A DNA stretch of 64,000 nt from Xylographa opegraphella. Lineage: Eukaryota. The DNA is taken from assembly GCA_022813865.1 (NCBI GenBank), contig JALDZX010000033.1:1-64000 (forward strand). Direction: 5' to 3'. Both the position numbers and the translations under genes were made by a program. Every line of letters begins with the position of its first letter. The first letter of the stretch is position 1. The notes beneath the pieces were generated by a model. The model was not told the origin of the DNA and made no database searches. It was given only the letters and a program-made list of their open reading frames with translations. Shown here in pieces: positions 10,745 through 22,354 of this stretch.

Positions 10745-11767
10745 AGCCACGCTTAGAGCAATGGTGGCCGAGGATCAAGGTTTGTTGTTATTTGACAATT
10801 ATATGACTAAAATAAATCGCCTGGATGTGGAAGTGGTGCTGTCAATCAGAAACCAGTTGACATGAAGCTGGAATGAAGCTAAAAACACAAGCTTGTGGAG
10901 AATGAACCAGATAGTAATGCATGCTGGACTTTAGCGAATCCAGGCAAATTATCTTATGTATTTCACAGCAACACTAACAAGAATCGAATCTATGGACAAC
11001 ATTGACGATGGAATGCGGGTAGAATTCAAGGGTCACCGCGACTTCGAAGCGTAGCAGTCGAAAGGGTTTCATGTCTATTAAACTGCAATATATATCAGGG
11101 CTTTAGCATTGCATAGATAAAACAAGTTTCCCTGGCGGCTGACTTCGCAGACCACATGGGATCTCCATCATGCTTCGGAGTGGTTGCCAACGGCCGCAGG
11201 CAGGAAAATCATCATGGTCAAAGTTTAAGGGTACTTGTCGAAGGTTTCACTGCAGGACTTCAATGTACTTATAGACCCTACAACAAAAATGATGTACAGT
11301 AGGATCACCGGCAACCCCGGCTGTGCATGTCGAATAATGACGAAAGTACTATGAAGGAGCTCAACTTGGGCAGGTTTATCACCAAAGAATTTCAAGTTAC
11401 ATAAATTCGCTACAGCACTGTTTCGAGGTCTTGCTAGAGCCAAGACCAAAGAACGTCCCTGCTTGAACGATTAAATCATGTAGCCGAATTCGTAAGGCTG
11501 CTGTAAGCTCTTACTCTAACCAGAGGACACGGGGCAAGGCTACGAGGAACCTCATCGGTAAGACTCATCGAATATATTGCATCCGAACCCAGATGCGATA
11601 TCTACTCGGGCAAAGATAACCATCGTATATGCTGAATGGGTACGCGACATTCTGATGATCTTCCCCTTGACGCCAAATCAGACCCATGGACTACTCAAGG
11701 TTCTGCGTGTAGTCACCAGCTTCAGTCGTTCAATATGATTTCTGTGTAGAACTGGCACTTGGCCATA

Positions 11768-12651
11768 CTATCCTTTTTCCTTCTCCACATCTCCCTTGAC
11801 AGCCTGATCTTCCCTCTTCGGTCTTTCCCCAAATATGCCGGTCCCGACTCTGACCTCGTCGCTGCCCATCCGTACGGCGGTCTCGTAGTCTGCACTCATG
11901 CCCATACTTAGTTCCAAGGGATCCCCTCCTATCTTCTCCTGCACTTCGTCTCTCACCTCCCGTAATTTCACGAAGTCCCCATTCTCCCCGCCCTCTTGGC
12001 TTCTCGCTATTGCTCCAATGGTCATTAAACCGGCGAGCTTCAAGTGCGGCGTCTTCTCTCTGATGTGTCGGCACAGCTTCAGGGTTTCGTCACCTGGCTC
12101 AGCCCCACTCTTTGCCTCCTCCCCCGATGTGTTCACCTGCACGAACACCCTCAGGCCCCCATCCTTCTGCAGCTCTTTCCCCTCCTCCCGCTCGCATAAC
12201 TCCCGCCGGCCTTTCTCTAGTTGGTCGGCCTTCTTGGTCGTGTCCACACTCTCGACGCACCAGAGATTCGGGATTTCAGCTAATGGGCGGCATTTGTTGG
12301 TTTGGAGGGCGCCAATGAAGTGCCAGCGTATGCTGGAAGGAAGCACAGAGGCTTTGTGCTGCAGTTCTTGCAAGTAATTCTCTCCGAAGTGGAAGTGCGG
12401 ATCCGGTGCGGTATGTAGGGCAAGGACGTCGGACGAGGGTTTGAGCTTGGAGACGGCAATCAGGCGAACCTGGTGGTTGACAGAGGTCAATTAGATTGTG
12501 ATAGGCCATTTCGGGAGGGATTGGAATAATATACTTCGCGGGGTGTCTTATTCGCTGCTTTTATTGAGCGAGTGACTAGGGAGATATTATCAATTAACTG
12601 TTTCGCTCGTTGTGGGTTGATATGCATTTCGTCTTCGAGGGTAGACGCCAT
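11768..12651 (-). CDS. pyridoxal phosphate homeostasis protein (YggS/PROSC family)
   Basis: Motifs VRLIAVSKLKP, FGENYLQEL, WHFIGALQTNK, VQVNTSGEEAKSG, GLMTIG, LSMGMSADY and VRVGTGIFG. One intron; exon 1 begins MASTLEDEMHINPQRA. Confidence 0.95.
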
Positions 12652-13219
12652 TGGGGCATGTACGTGATTTAGGGTTAGGCTAGATAGTCAGATAGTATGG
12701 ACATCGAGCCCATGGTTCAAGCAGCATGCATGATCAAGCAAGGTGTAACGTCATTACTGAAATTCACCGGCAAATCTCATGAAGCGGTAAGAATCACTAT
12801 CGGGTTTCAAAATTGGCTTACATGAAGCTCAAGCACGAACTAAGATTAAGGTCTTCAAGTTTTCCGGTCTTAGAGACTTTTCAGTCCGAGACGAGCCCGA
12901 GGGCCAGTCTGGAGTCTATTAGAGGTAAAGCTTTGGGATCAACTTACAAAGGGATCAGCTTAATACGTTGTCAGAGTGACTGAACTTGCGATCCTGATTA
13001 CGTTGTGAGCATAGATCTAGAGAAAATAGTTGTGAAATTTCTAGTATTATGGTCCCATTCCTTGTACATGAAAGGTTTCCCACAGTGTCTCGTACCATAT
13101 GCCTGCACACTGGCAAGCTTCATTTTCTTTCATTTCTGCTTGCTCTCTTCACATTAGACTCTGGCCTTACCGCCTCCTTCGGTTTCCCTATCGCCGCTGG
13201 TCTTTCATTGTCGAATTCC

Positions 13220-16200
13220 TCAGTCTTCATCCACAGGCTCTTCAGCTTTGTCCGTTGACTCGTCCCAATCGTCATCCTCATCAGGAAACTCGTCATCTCT
13301 ATCAGGCCTTGTGACCGGCGATCTTGGTATCCTTAACCCGGCGGCGGCTCCGTCTCGTCCGCCCCGTTGCATGGAACTCCCTTTGGATAGATGATCCCGT
13401 GGATTACCGGCACGTTCCTGAGCACGCCTCGAGAGATCGTTTTCATTGAGGCCACCCCAAACGACCTGCAAATATTTGTCAAAGTCCTTGGAGGCTTTGG
13501 CGACCAGCTCGAAATGGGACGCTTTCAGGTGTGGTTTCTCTTCTACATTGTACTTTTCCTTGATTTTGAATGCATCGTATTCGGCTAGGGCCACCGCAGT
13601 CTGGAAAGCATTCCGAATCTGCCGGCCATTCCAAACGACCTTTTCCTCCTCTAACTCTGCGAAATGGGCCAGAGCGAACTTGAAAATCTCCTTTTTGTCG
13701 ACAATGATGTCCTTTTTATTTTTCATCACATTTTTGATATGCCAAGTCCAGATTTCCCGGGTAGCATCGCGGTCGAGAGATGGATAGTAAAGGCTCATGT
13801 GAATTCGTGATTTGAATGCGGGATCAAGCGTGCCAATTCGGTTGGTGGTAAGGAATAAAATTCCAGAATAGTACTCGAGAACTCGTAAAAACACACTGAC
13901 GATACTGTTCCGCTGTAAATCAGTCTTGTTACGGCGCTGGAGGAAAACGTCCGCCTCATCTAAGAGTAGAACACAGCCCCACTTGTGGGCCAATTGAAAG
14001 GTTGACCTCAGCTTTGTGTCAACGTCATCGGCTGTCTCGCCAATATCACCTATTCTATACGTAAGCAGGCTTTACTCATACTGGTGCAGAATCGCATCCG
14101 CCAGCATTGGATAACTAAGCTCGGTGTCTGAGAAATAAGGAGGAGATTGGCCGGACATACTACAAGTGATAGGAAATAGAGGTCGGTGCGTGTGTGCAGC
14201 AATACTCTCCGCAGTCGAAGTTTTGCCGACACCAGGAGCACCATGTAGCAAGACGATCAAGCCTTTCCCCTTTCCGGGAATCAGGTCAAACTGTGTCTGG
14301 CCTTCGGGTTCCTTTTCATTTGATGTGGTACCCCGTGAATGATTTCTGACCATTGCCAGCAAGGTGTCCTTATGGCCATTGGGCAGACACAATGCATCAA
14401 GTCCAGCTCCAGAGTCGAGTGGTTGCACCTCGGCCACTTTGTCGATATCTAATAGGGCCCAATTACGATCACGTAGAACGAATCCAATCACCCTGACTGG
14501 AAAGAGCATGAAGTCTATTTGTTGGTTAATTGGCGTGGCCCAAAATACCATTGAAGTACATACCTTCATCGGTCAGGTTGTCCGCATTCATGAATCGGAC
14601 CAGAATTTCCTCCTGTTCGGAAATTAGATCCAGAGCATGACCAGTATCGAGTTCATTGTCGTGATGAATGAAGTCGTTATCACAACAACCAGGAAGGGTA
14701 CAAGGATCTCGACGGGGGTATCGAGGATCAAACCAGGCAGATTCCTCTCGGGTCTCACGTGAATCCGGATCAATTGGTTTCTTAACGCCCAGTGGTATAC
14801 TCCATTGTTCTCTGTTCTGCTGCAAACCCAAGTTGAAATCAATAATGACCTCGGAGTCGATCTGCAGGAGCGGAAAGATCATTAGTCTAGTATATATGCA
14901 GCTTCACGAAGAATATTGATAACGTACCTCGTCGCCAGTACCAATACATCGTCCTTTATACTGCATGTGCATTACTTTGGAAAGCTTGACGAAACGTTTT
15001 CCACGTTCAATGAGTTCTTGTTTTGTTGGTATTGGTTTACCGGCTATTGAGGGTACCCGTCCATTCACATCTCGGAACCTGTGGGGAAACACCGTCAGGC
15101 TAGTGATTAGCACTTCTCCTTCATACCATGGAATTGAGAAAATCTGTTGGGACGGCCCGTAGTCGAAGCCATCATAGTCGAAGGAGAAACATTGCACGAC
15201 AAAATCACTCCCTTTCTTCGTAGGAGTTAAATATTGGACTTCATTGTCGTCATAATATGGATCACTTGGTCGAGGAGGTGCACCATATCGATCTCGGTCC
15301 CTCGATCTTTCTCTTCTCCTGACTACTATATCATCGTCTAGTCCCGAGTTTAAGTACCGCCGACCTCCAGTGAAATGTAGAATACGATATACCTGAGCCC
15401 CAAATTGGTTTGTGCATACCTCGTCGCCGTGGCAAAATAGTAGCCAAAGGTCAACAAAAGCGATGGTCTTCAGAGTCCCCTCCTTGACCTGGCGCCGCAG
15501 TTCGAAGAGGCCTTTGAGGTCAAAATCTAAAAGTTCAATCAGAAGCTGAAGATGAGCCAACGCTTCCTTTGACATAGTGACGTCTTCCCCTGCCGTAACG
15601 GGGGTCTTTTCTCCTTCGATATTGATGAATGGGGTAGGCCCCGGACTTGCATTGTTCGATTTCCACTTCGCTTCTAAGTCTTTGGTGTATGCCCTGATCT
15701 TGATTTCAAACTCTACAAATAGTTTGAACGGACGAAGGAAAACCACTGGAGGTGGTATATCAAGACCTTCGGATGAGCGAATCGGTGGATGTGCCGACAC
15801 TCTTCGTCTTCTCCGAACCTCTCTTTCTGGCTTATAGGCAGCAAACTTCCGTCCGATATCTTCTCAAGTGTCTTTAGAAGAGGAATGGAGCGTATCCGTA
15901 CTCGGTCTGGGACTCTGGCTAGCAGATCCGGCTCGTTCGCCGAGCTCCATTGATTATCTGGTGGTTCTGCTAACGCGACCGACGGGTGGCGGCTCCTGGC
16001 TCGCCGCGTATTGCTCGACCCTGTAGGCACGCCAGTACAGACTTCGATTGCATGCAAAGGGGTAAGAGGAAGATCTGCAACGGGATGTTTACTACTGACG
16101 CTTGAGTTTTGATCATCGAACGCTGTTGGCTGTGGTGGTCTGAAGGTCGCCAGCGGCATCCGTACAATTTCAGAAACTAGTTTGTGTGGGTCTACCACAG

Positions 16201-16864
16201 CGGCGTCAGAAAAAGAAGAATGGCGTGTTCTCATATAAATTGGGGAGAACGGTCGAAACATCTCTTCAACCTCCTCTGCCTCATTTTCAAGTCCTTTTTG
16301 AGAATTTTGCTGTCCCTGCAGCTTAGCCATGGCTGTCTCCAAAGATGCCAGGGGGTCTTCAACAAGCCTGATGTACGACTGGTGCTGCAAAACTCTCTTA
16401 TTCGCATTTCTGAGCCGCTGCTTCAATGGTGGAAGATTTCTCACGGCCCGCCGACTAGCATCCCTATTATGTCGCTCGATGTCGCTCATAATGTCGAGGG
16501 AATCTTCATCACTACTGATATCGCGATCTCTGGTGTCCCCCGTTTCGTGAATCTCCTCTCTATCGGTATTGTTCATGCTCAAGGGGCAACTTCCATGACT
16601 CCCTTCCCCGGAATCGCTTTCTCTGTCTCGGAGAACTCCCTCTGTCATTGCAATCGCAGGTTGTTGATTGCCGTAGTCCCCATCAGGATTGCCGGCATCT
16701 GGAGATGTATGGCTTTCGTTAACACGTGAGGGTAGATCAACCGTTTCCTCTACCCTCTGACCGAGAACAGGTCTAGGATCATCGTCGGAAGCTCCACGGT
16801 TCATGGTTGAGAGTTGAGAAGAATACCCAGAGGTCGGGAGCTGGTTAATAGTAGCGGTAGCCAT
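13220..16864 (-). CDS. large fungal AAA+ ATPase (long N-terminal extension, DUF7025-like region, C-terminal AAA domain); apparent frameshift, possibly a pseudogene
   Basis: Walker A GKGKGLIVLLHGAPGVGKTSTAE, Walker B VLLLDEADVFL, and motifs RNSIVSVFLRVLEYYSGILFLTTNR, AFKSRIH and WNGRQIRNAFQTA. Three clear introns. The frame changes between RVRIRSIPLLKTLEKI and VVFLRPFKLFV (15745-15863). Confidence 0.85.
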
Positions 16865-17543
16865 CTTGCTGCAGAGGCAGTATGCCGCTGAAAAACAAGT
16901 ATATGCACGAATGCATTTGACATAAAAGAAATCCTGTGCTGCCGGTAGTCTAAGAACGCCAGTCCTCACTACAAAAGATGACCGAATTCCAATGCGGTAA
17001 AGTCAAGTCCTTCAGGACGTGAAAGGGGGAGGACAAGGAATCATTCCAAACATTTGACTCCGCGGCCCTCACTGCGCCCAACTTAGTGAATCTTATAGTT
17101 CCCAGTCTAACTAGTGATCTGCAGCTCAGCCATTTCCGTGCAAATCGGTTAATGTTTGTGGTTGGGGTGCGAAGGGGAGCCAATGAGAGCTTTCGCCCGG
17201 AACCGACCTTGACCGAAATGCTAACTATCTTAAGATAAGACGGTTGTGACCCTTGTCATCAGCCTCATCACCTCCAACGTGGGTACTCCCGTAAGAAGGC
17301 GAGGAAGGTGACAATTGGACAGTAACTTAGGTAGACTTTCCCGACGGAGTAACGTACACTCGAATGAGCAATCAATGATGCGGAGCATCCTGTCGTTTGT
17401 CCGACCGAGCGCTTTCGCAATTCGTAGGATCTATCCAAACCTAAGTGTGCTTTCCCATATCACACAAACCACCAACCCTTTTCGAGAATCGCAAGAAATG
17501 TTTCCCTGAGCTCTCTCTGCCATGGTCGTGGATATCGGGGACC

Positions 17544-19768
17544 ATGGCAGTCTCTCCACCAACCACTGCGAGCGCCCAACAATCGTTAAATGTTCCTGCC
17601 GACTTTGTGCAAAATCGTCTGGACGCAAGTTACCACCCAGCCTTTGCAGACCATAACGCTCATTTCATTATGGATCTTGGCCGTTTTGGCGGAAACGACG
17701 ACGAAAAGGCTTTGGCAGAGCTGAAGCTGTGGGAAGGGGCTGACGTGGAAAAGGAACAGCTCTATCAAGCGATAGAGAAGTACGAGCGCAAATGTAAACC
17801 GAAGCATCAGACCTGTAGAACAATCGCGGAGATTCGAACTGCTCAACATACATGGGGTGACATTCTTGGAGAGGCTGACAGGGCCGCGAAGCAGCACGAA
17901 GATAAGGGGATTGTGATCAAGTACATGAGAAAACTACGTGATTGTGCCCCTTCTTTCGAAGATTGGACAACCTTATTACCACAGGGAGATTATTCTGGCG
18001 TCGTGAGGCAAGTCGAATCGAGGAGGCTTAGTGTAGGTGATCACTGACCATTGTAGCCTGGGCTTTATCATGGTCTTAAAGGTGAGTCGTGCAGCTTTGT
18101 CCCCATCTTGGCACCAATTATCCTAAGGTTATTGAAGGCTGCCGCGAGGATGAGCGAGGTTCATTCGATATTATATGAAGTCATGGGCAGCATTCCGGAG
18201 TATATAAGTAATGCTGAGCGCTACAAGAGTATATACAAATCGACACGGAATGTCAAGCTGGTGAAGAAAACAGCATTGCTTTATTCGTCAATTGTTGTCG
18301 CACTGGTGGAGGTGTTTGCGTACCTGGGAGAACGCTCCGTTGGTATTATTCTGTGAATGATAAACTTCCGCAGTACGCTCATTTACGTCTTTTCAGTGTC
18401 ACCAGTCAAAGCATTTCTCCTCGGTCAAAAATACCAGAAAAGGTTGGAGGAGAAGCTGAAGGCTGTCCTAGCCGCTACAGAGGCAGTGAAAAGCGAAGCA
18501 ACCATTTGCCTTCACGAAGTGAATGCGGAAGGATTGGTGAGAACAATTGCTAATGAAGACCAACGTAAATAATGCCCGACACTATGCATCCTCGCGGCTG
18601 ATATGAACCAACAGGACGTCAGGACTACGCAGAAGCACAAGCACAAAATAGACAAGCGGACCAGATGCTATACCAAAAACTCGAGAGTGTCGACGAGAAA
18701 ATCAACTACTTGAGCAATGCCTTGGACGCTGCTTACAGACAGCTTCGCAGTAGTCAGTTTCTGAATCCATTGACTAACATGCCACAAAGTCAGGGGTATG
18801 TCCAAGGGGACAACATCTCTCGATCCACAAGTCCAATGGCTGCTGCTAAACGCGCAGGTATGGAGATCGCCCGAGCTATTTGTCTTTGGTAGCTAACAAT
18901 TGGCACAGCTTTGTCACCAAAACAAATTCTTAAGAGTCTCGACTTTCGTAGAGGCGACGCCCATAACGATTTGATTGATCGACTACAACTTGGCTATTCC
19001 ATGCCACTGAGCCAGCAAGGAAGAGCCGTCGACTTGATCCGCTCTGACAACCTGAAGGACTGGTTGAAAATAATGGCTTCGGACGTTCTATTAGTCCACG
19101 GTGGTAGTGCGGATGAGGACACGGAGGAGCCTCTGTCCTTTGTTTCTGCTAAGATAATCACCACACTCCAGGATCTTGACCCCGTCATCACCATTCACTA
19201 CTTCTGTGGCTTGCACCGAGATCAAAGATCTAAAATTGGGACCGGAGGGGATGCCCAAACCATGATGAGCAGCCTGCTTGGTCAGCTTTTGATACAAGAC
19301 AAATACGAATTTGCCTTGGATTTCGTTACGTCGCATGATCTCACTATGCTTAAAATTGACGATCTGAAAACTCTTTGTGTCATAGTCGGATCACTCATCA
19401 AGCAACTGCCTCCGGCTTCCGCTCTCTTCTGCGTTCTCGACGGCATTTTCGCTTTCGAGGATTCTACTCGAAGCGACGATTTGATCAAGGCGCTGCGATA
19501 CCTTGTACGTCTAAGCCACAAATCAAAAGACGTATCCTTCAAACTGCTTTTAACGTGCGCTGGAGACTGCCAGTTCTGGCGGCAGTATGAAATCACCGAA
19601 GGGCAGGCTCTACTTATGGACGAGGAGCTCGTTAACGACGAGGGTCATGGATACAATGACGAGCTATTCAATGACGATTTGGCGCCCGCTTTGGTCGAGC
19701 ACGACAATGACTACGACGAATCACAAGATCCAAAAATCATACTGGACGAATATCCGGAAGACTTTTGA
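17544..19768 (+). CDS. NACHT/STAND-like protein with helical N-terminal domain and degenerate P-loop
   Basis: Six exons join in frame, including a GC-AG intron at 18008-18056. NACHT-like order of motifs: LKDWL..SDVLLVHG (no GKT/S), ITIHYFC, MMSSLLGQLL, Walker B-like LFCVLDGIFAFE, FKLLLT. Acidic tail and no C-terminal repeats. Confidence 0.7.
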
Positions 19769-20414
19769 TCAATTATGCTTTTAGCGGGGACGTTCACCTC
19801 CGATTTCTCTCAAATCGCTCTCAGGCATGGCATTTTCTAAGATTGTAAGTAGCACGGGCGGTTCGACCGCGATATCCCCATGGTCTTGAGGTCTTCTTTT
19901 CCACATTTGGGAGACCTGATTCGCCTCGGTTGTTATACGTCGTTTCTATGCTTGCACTTGGTGGTCCTGAAGCCCAGATGCAGGCGCCTCGTTGGTCTCG
20001 TCAGCCAGTCAAAGCCCACTTGCAAAGTTCGCTTGCTTAAGTTTTAGTGGTGGCCCTTTTTGAGAGATCCTCACTCGTCGCTCACCGCTTCAGCAGCGCC
20101 TAAAGATGACGATGTGAGCAAACAGGAGACAACATGAGTATGTCTCAGGAGCTCGCCAATATGCCATTTGGCTTCGTAGTTTTCACGTCCAAGCATTACG
20201 TCTTCTCTAGATGGTTTTCGCGGCCTACAGTAGTGAGGTTGATCAATGAGTAAATTTCTATCGACCAATTTTTGCCGGGATTTCGTATCTTAAACGACCA
20301 CTCGCAATCCACATAACTATCCATTAATAACTCACTGTTCCGTCATCAACTTGTGCTGCTCAGGTCATTCGACATTCGTTCGACATTTGTTCGCGTGTAG
20401 TAGTGAGGGACTTG

Positions 20415-21797
20415 CTACACACCTACCACCATACCCCCTTGTAGCAACACCAACACGAGAAATAGAAATTTCCATACCTCATTCGCCACTTTCAGTCTCG
20501 ACCCAAAATTAGCAGTCGTCGCTCCAGCTGGGTTGTATCCCTCTAATCCGGAAGTGGCGGAAGCAGTGGTAGAAGATGTAGGACATGGCACATCTTTCTC
20601 GAGGTCGCTGTTGAAGCACAGAGCTGACTCGGTTACCGAGGAAATCGGGTTGACAATGAGACCTGGTGCAGTAGAGGTCGAAGTAATACCAGGGACGTAG
20701 CCAGTGGTTGACGTGGTTGATGCCACAGTAAACGACGAATTCGAGATTCCGGTTGAAGTCGCGATTGACGGCGGAGCTGAAGGCAACATAACCACCGCCC
20801 AACTCGTTATAGCAGCAACACCTGGCTCAGATGTCTCGTTTGCGGACAGACTGGGCATTGCGTAGTTGAGATAACCAGACTTCACCGGAATAAGCGTCAA
20901 GGTTTCATATTTCACAGATGTAGTTGTTATTGTCATGTGAGTGGTGCTGGACTTTGTACTCAAAACATCACTTGTGGTAGGCCCGAGTGTAACAGAATCG
21001 AGAAAAGAACTTGAAGCATAGCAAGCTCGACCCCCAGCGGAAAAGGCTCCACATACGGGGAGACTAGAAGGGCAGCATTGCGGAGGCGAACCGGACTGCG
21101 CCATACAACTAGAACTGTGAGTGTCCAAGCATGATGGTGAGCCCGAGCAAGTAGTATGCAAAGGGCAGCAGCCTGGGCTTGCGTTTAACGTCAGGACGCA
21201 AGACGTGGACTAAAGAGGCGGATCAGTCACCGATCACTGATGGAATTGAGACAAGGAGATGCGCGAAGGGCAATTGGCAGTAGTAGCGAATCAGTGTCAG
21301 TTTACAGAAAGTACTGACCGATGGACAACAAGCACCACCACAACACGTCTCGTTGGCTTCGCAGTACGTATTGCCACAGCAAGTTGAATTTCCGGATATA
21401 CAGTATGGCGCGACATTGGTCGAGACTGGCATGCAGCAAGAATCTTTTTCGTTGTTACGAGTCAGTGTTGTCCTGCCAAACAAGAAAAGCTGTCGCTGTT
21501 ATGGACTGGATTACAGTCATCACTGATGAAGGACTTACCGGATGGATCAAAACATTCACAGATCATGTCACGAGCGCCGAAATCGAACTTACTCCGGGGA
21601 ACAACCCACGCGTAATCGGCCGTAACGTTGCGAACATAAGGAGCCAGGGTTTCATTGTAGATGATAGAAGTGTTTGAGAAAGGCCCAGAGCTAGAATTCA
21701 TCCTCGGAGTGCTCCGATGGGCGTGAGCGAGATTCGCAAGGACAAAGATAATAATAAACATTAAGTTGAGCATGTTGACATCAGAGGTCTTGAGCAT
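20415..21797 (-). CDS. secreted Cys-rich, Ser/Thr-rich, probably GPI-anchored cell-surface protein
   Basis: Signal-like MFIIIFVLANLAHA. After removing two introns (the first is 21444-21538) there is a domain with repeated CC pairs (SCCMP, TCCGN, TCCGGACCPS, GCCP, QCCP). A Ser/Thr stalk and hydrophobic C-terminus FLFLVLVLLQGGMVVGV follow. Confidence 0.75.
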
Positions 21798-22307
21798 GAC
21801 AACAAAAGCTCGCTGTGAATGTCGTTGGGACCAAGCTGATGTGCAACAAATTTGGATAATATGGGACTTGGTGAAAGTGACACTGCTGAAGAAGAGACGA
21901 GAGCGACTGACTGATAGAGCAAGCAGTTAAAGAAAGACAAAAGTGGTTGTGAATCTCAATTGAGAACTTGGAGAAGTTTTTTTGATTTCGTATAGCCGGG
22001 AGAGAAATAGTTTCCGTGTGGATGATGGTCCGTTGATAACACAAAGCGAGTTATAAGATGGTTTAGATTATAGCTTGACAGTGTCAATAGCACAATATTT
22101 CGATAACACATCTTTGTTACACGGTTGATCTCATGTCGGACATCAATACCAATCTCGTCAAATCATCCTCGATGCCCTCCCCACATCTAACTTCAATTTC
22201 AGCTACTTTCTTCTCATCGGGCCTATTAATACTGTTCTTTCTGGTGTTCATTGACTATGAAACCTCGATTTATCCTCCACTAGTCGGATAAGGTAACGCA
22301 TCACAGG

Positions 22308-22354
22308 GACGGATCTTCGAATGACGAATCTTCGAGTGACGAATCTTCGAGTGA
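22308..22354 (+). repeat. 15-bp tandem repeat, about 3 copies (GACGAATCTTCGAGT)
   Basis: gacggatcttcgaat gacgaatcttcgagt gacgaatcttcgagt ga, read directly from the sequence. Confidence 0.85.

Noticed and set aside
21462..21523. GTGATGA…CTGA (C/D-box-like pair) in intron 1 of the Cys-rich surface protein gene
   Set aside because: The CTGA is the intron branch site (CTGAC), there is no terminal stem, and I recognise no rRNA-complementary guide.
22308..22354. Tandem repeat considered as a CRISPR-like array or canonical heat-shock element
   Set aside because: There are no spacers and the context is eukaryotic. The GAA/TTC units do not keep the alternating phase of a canonical HSE.
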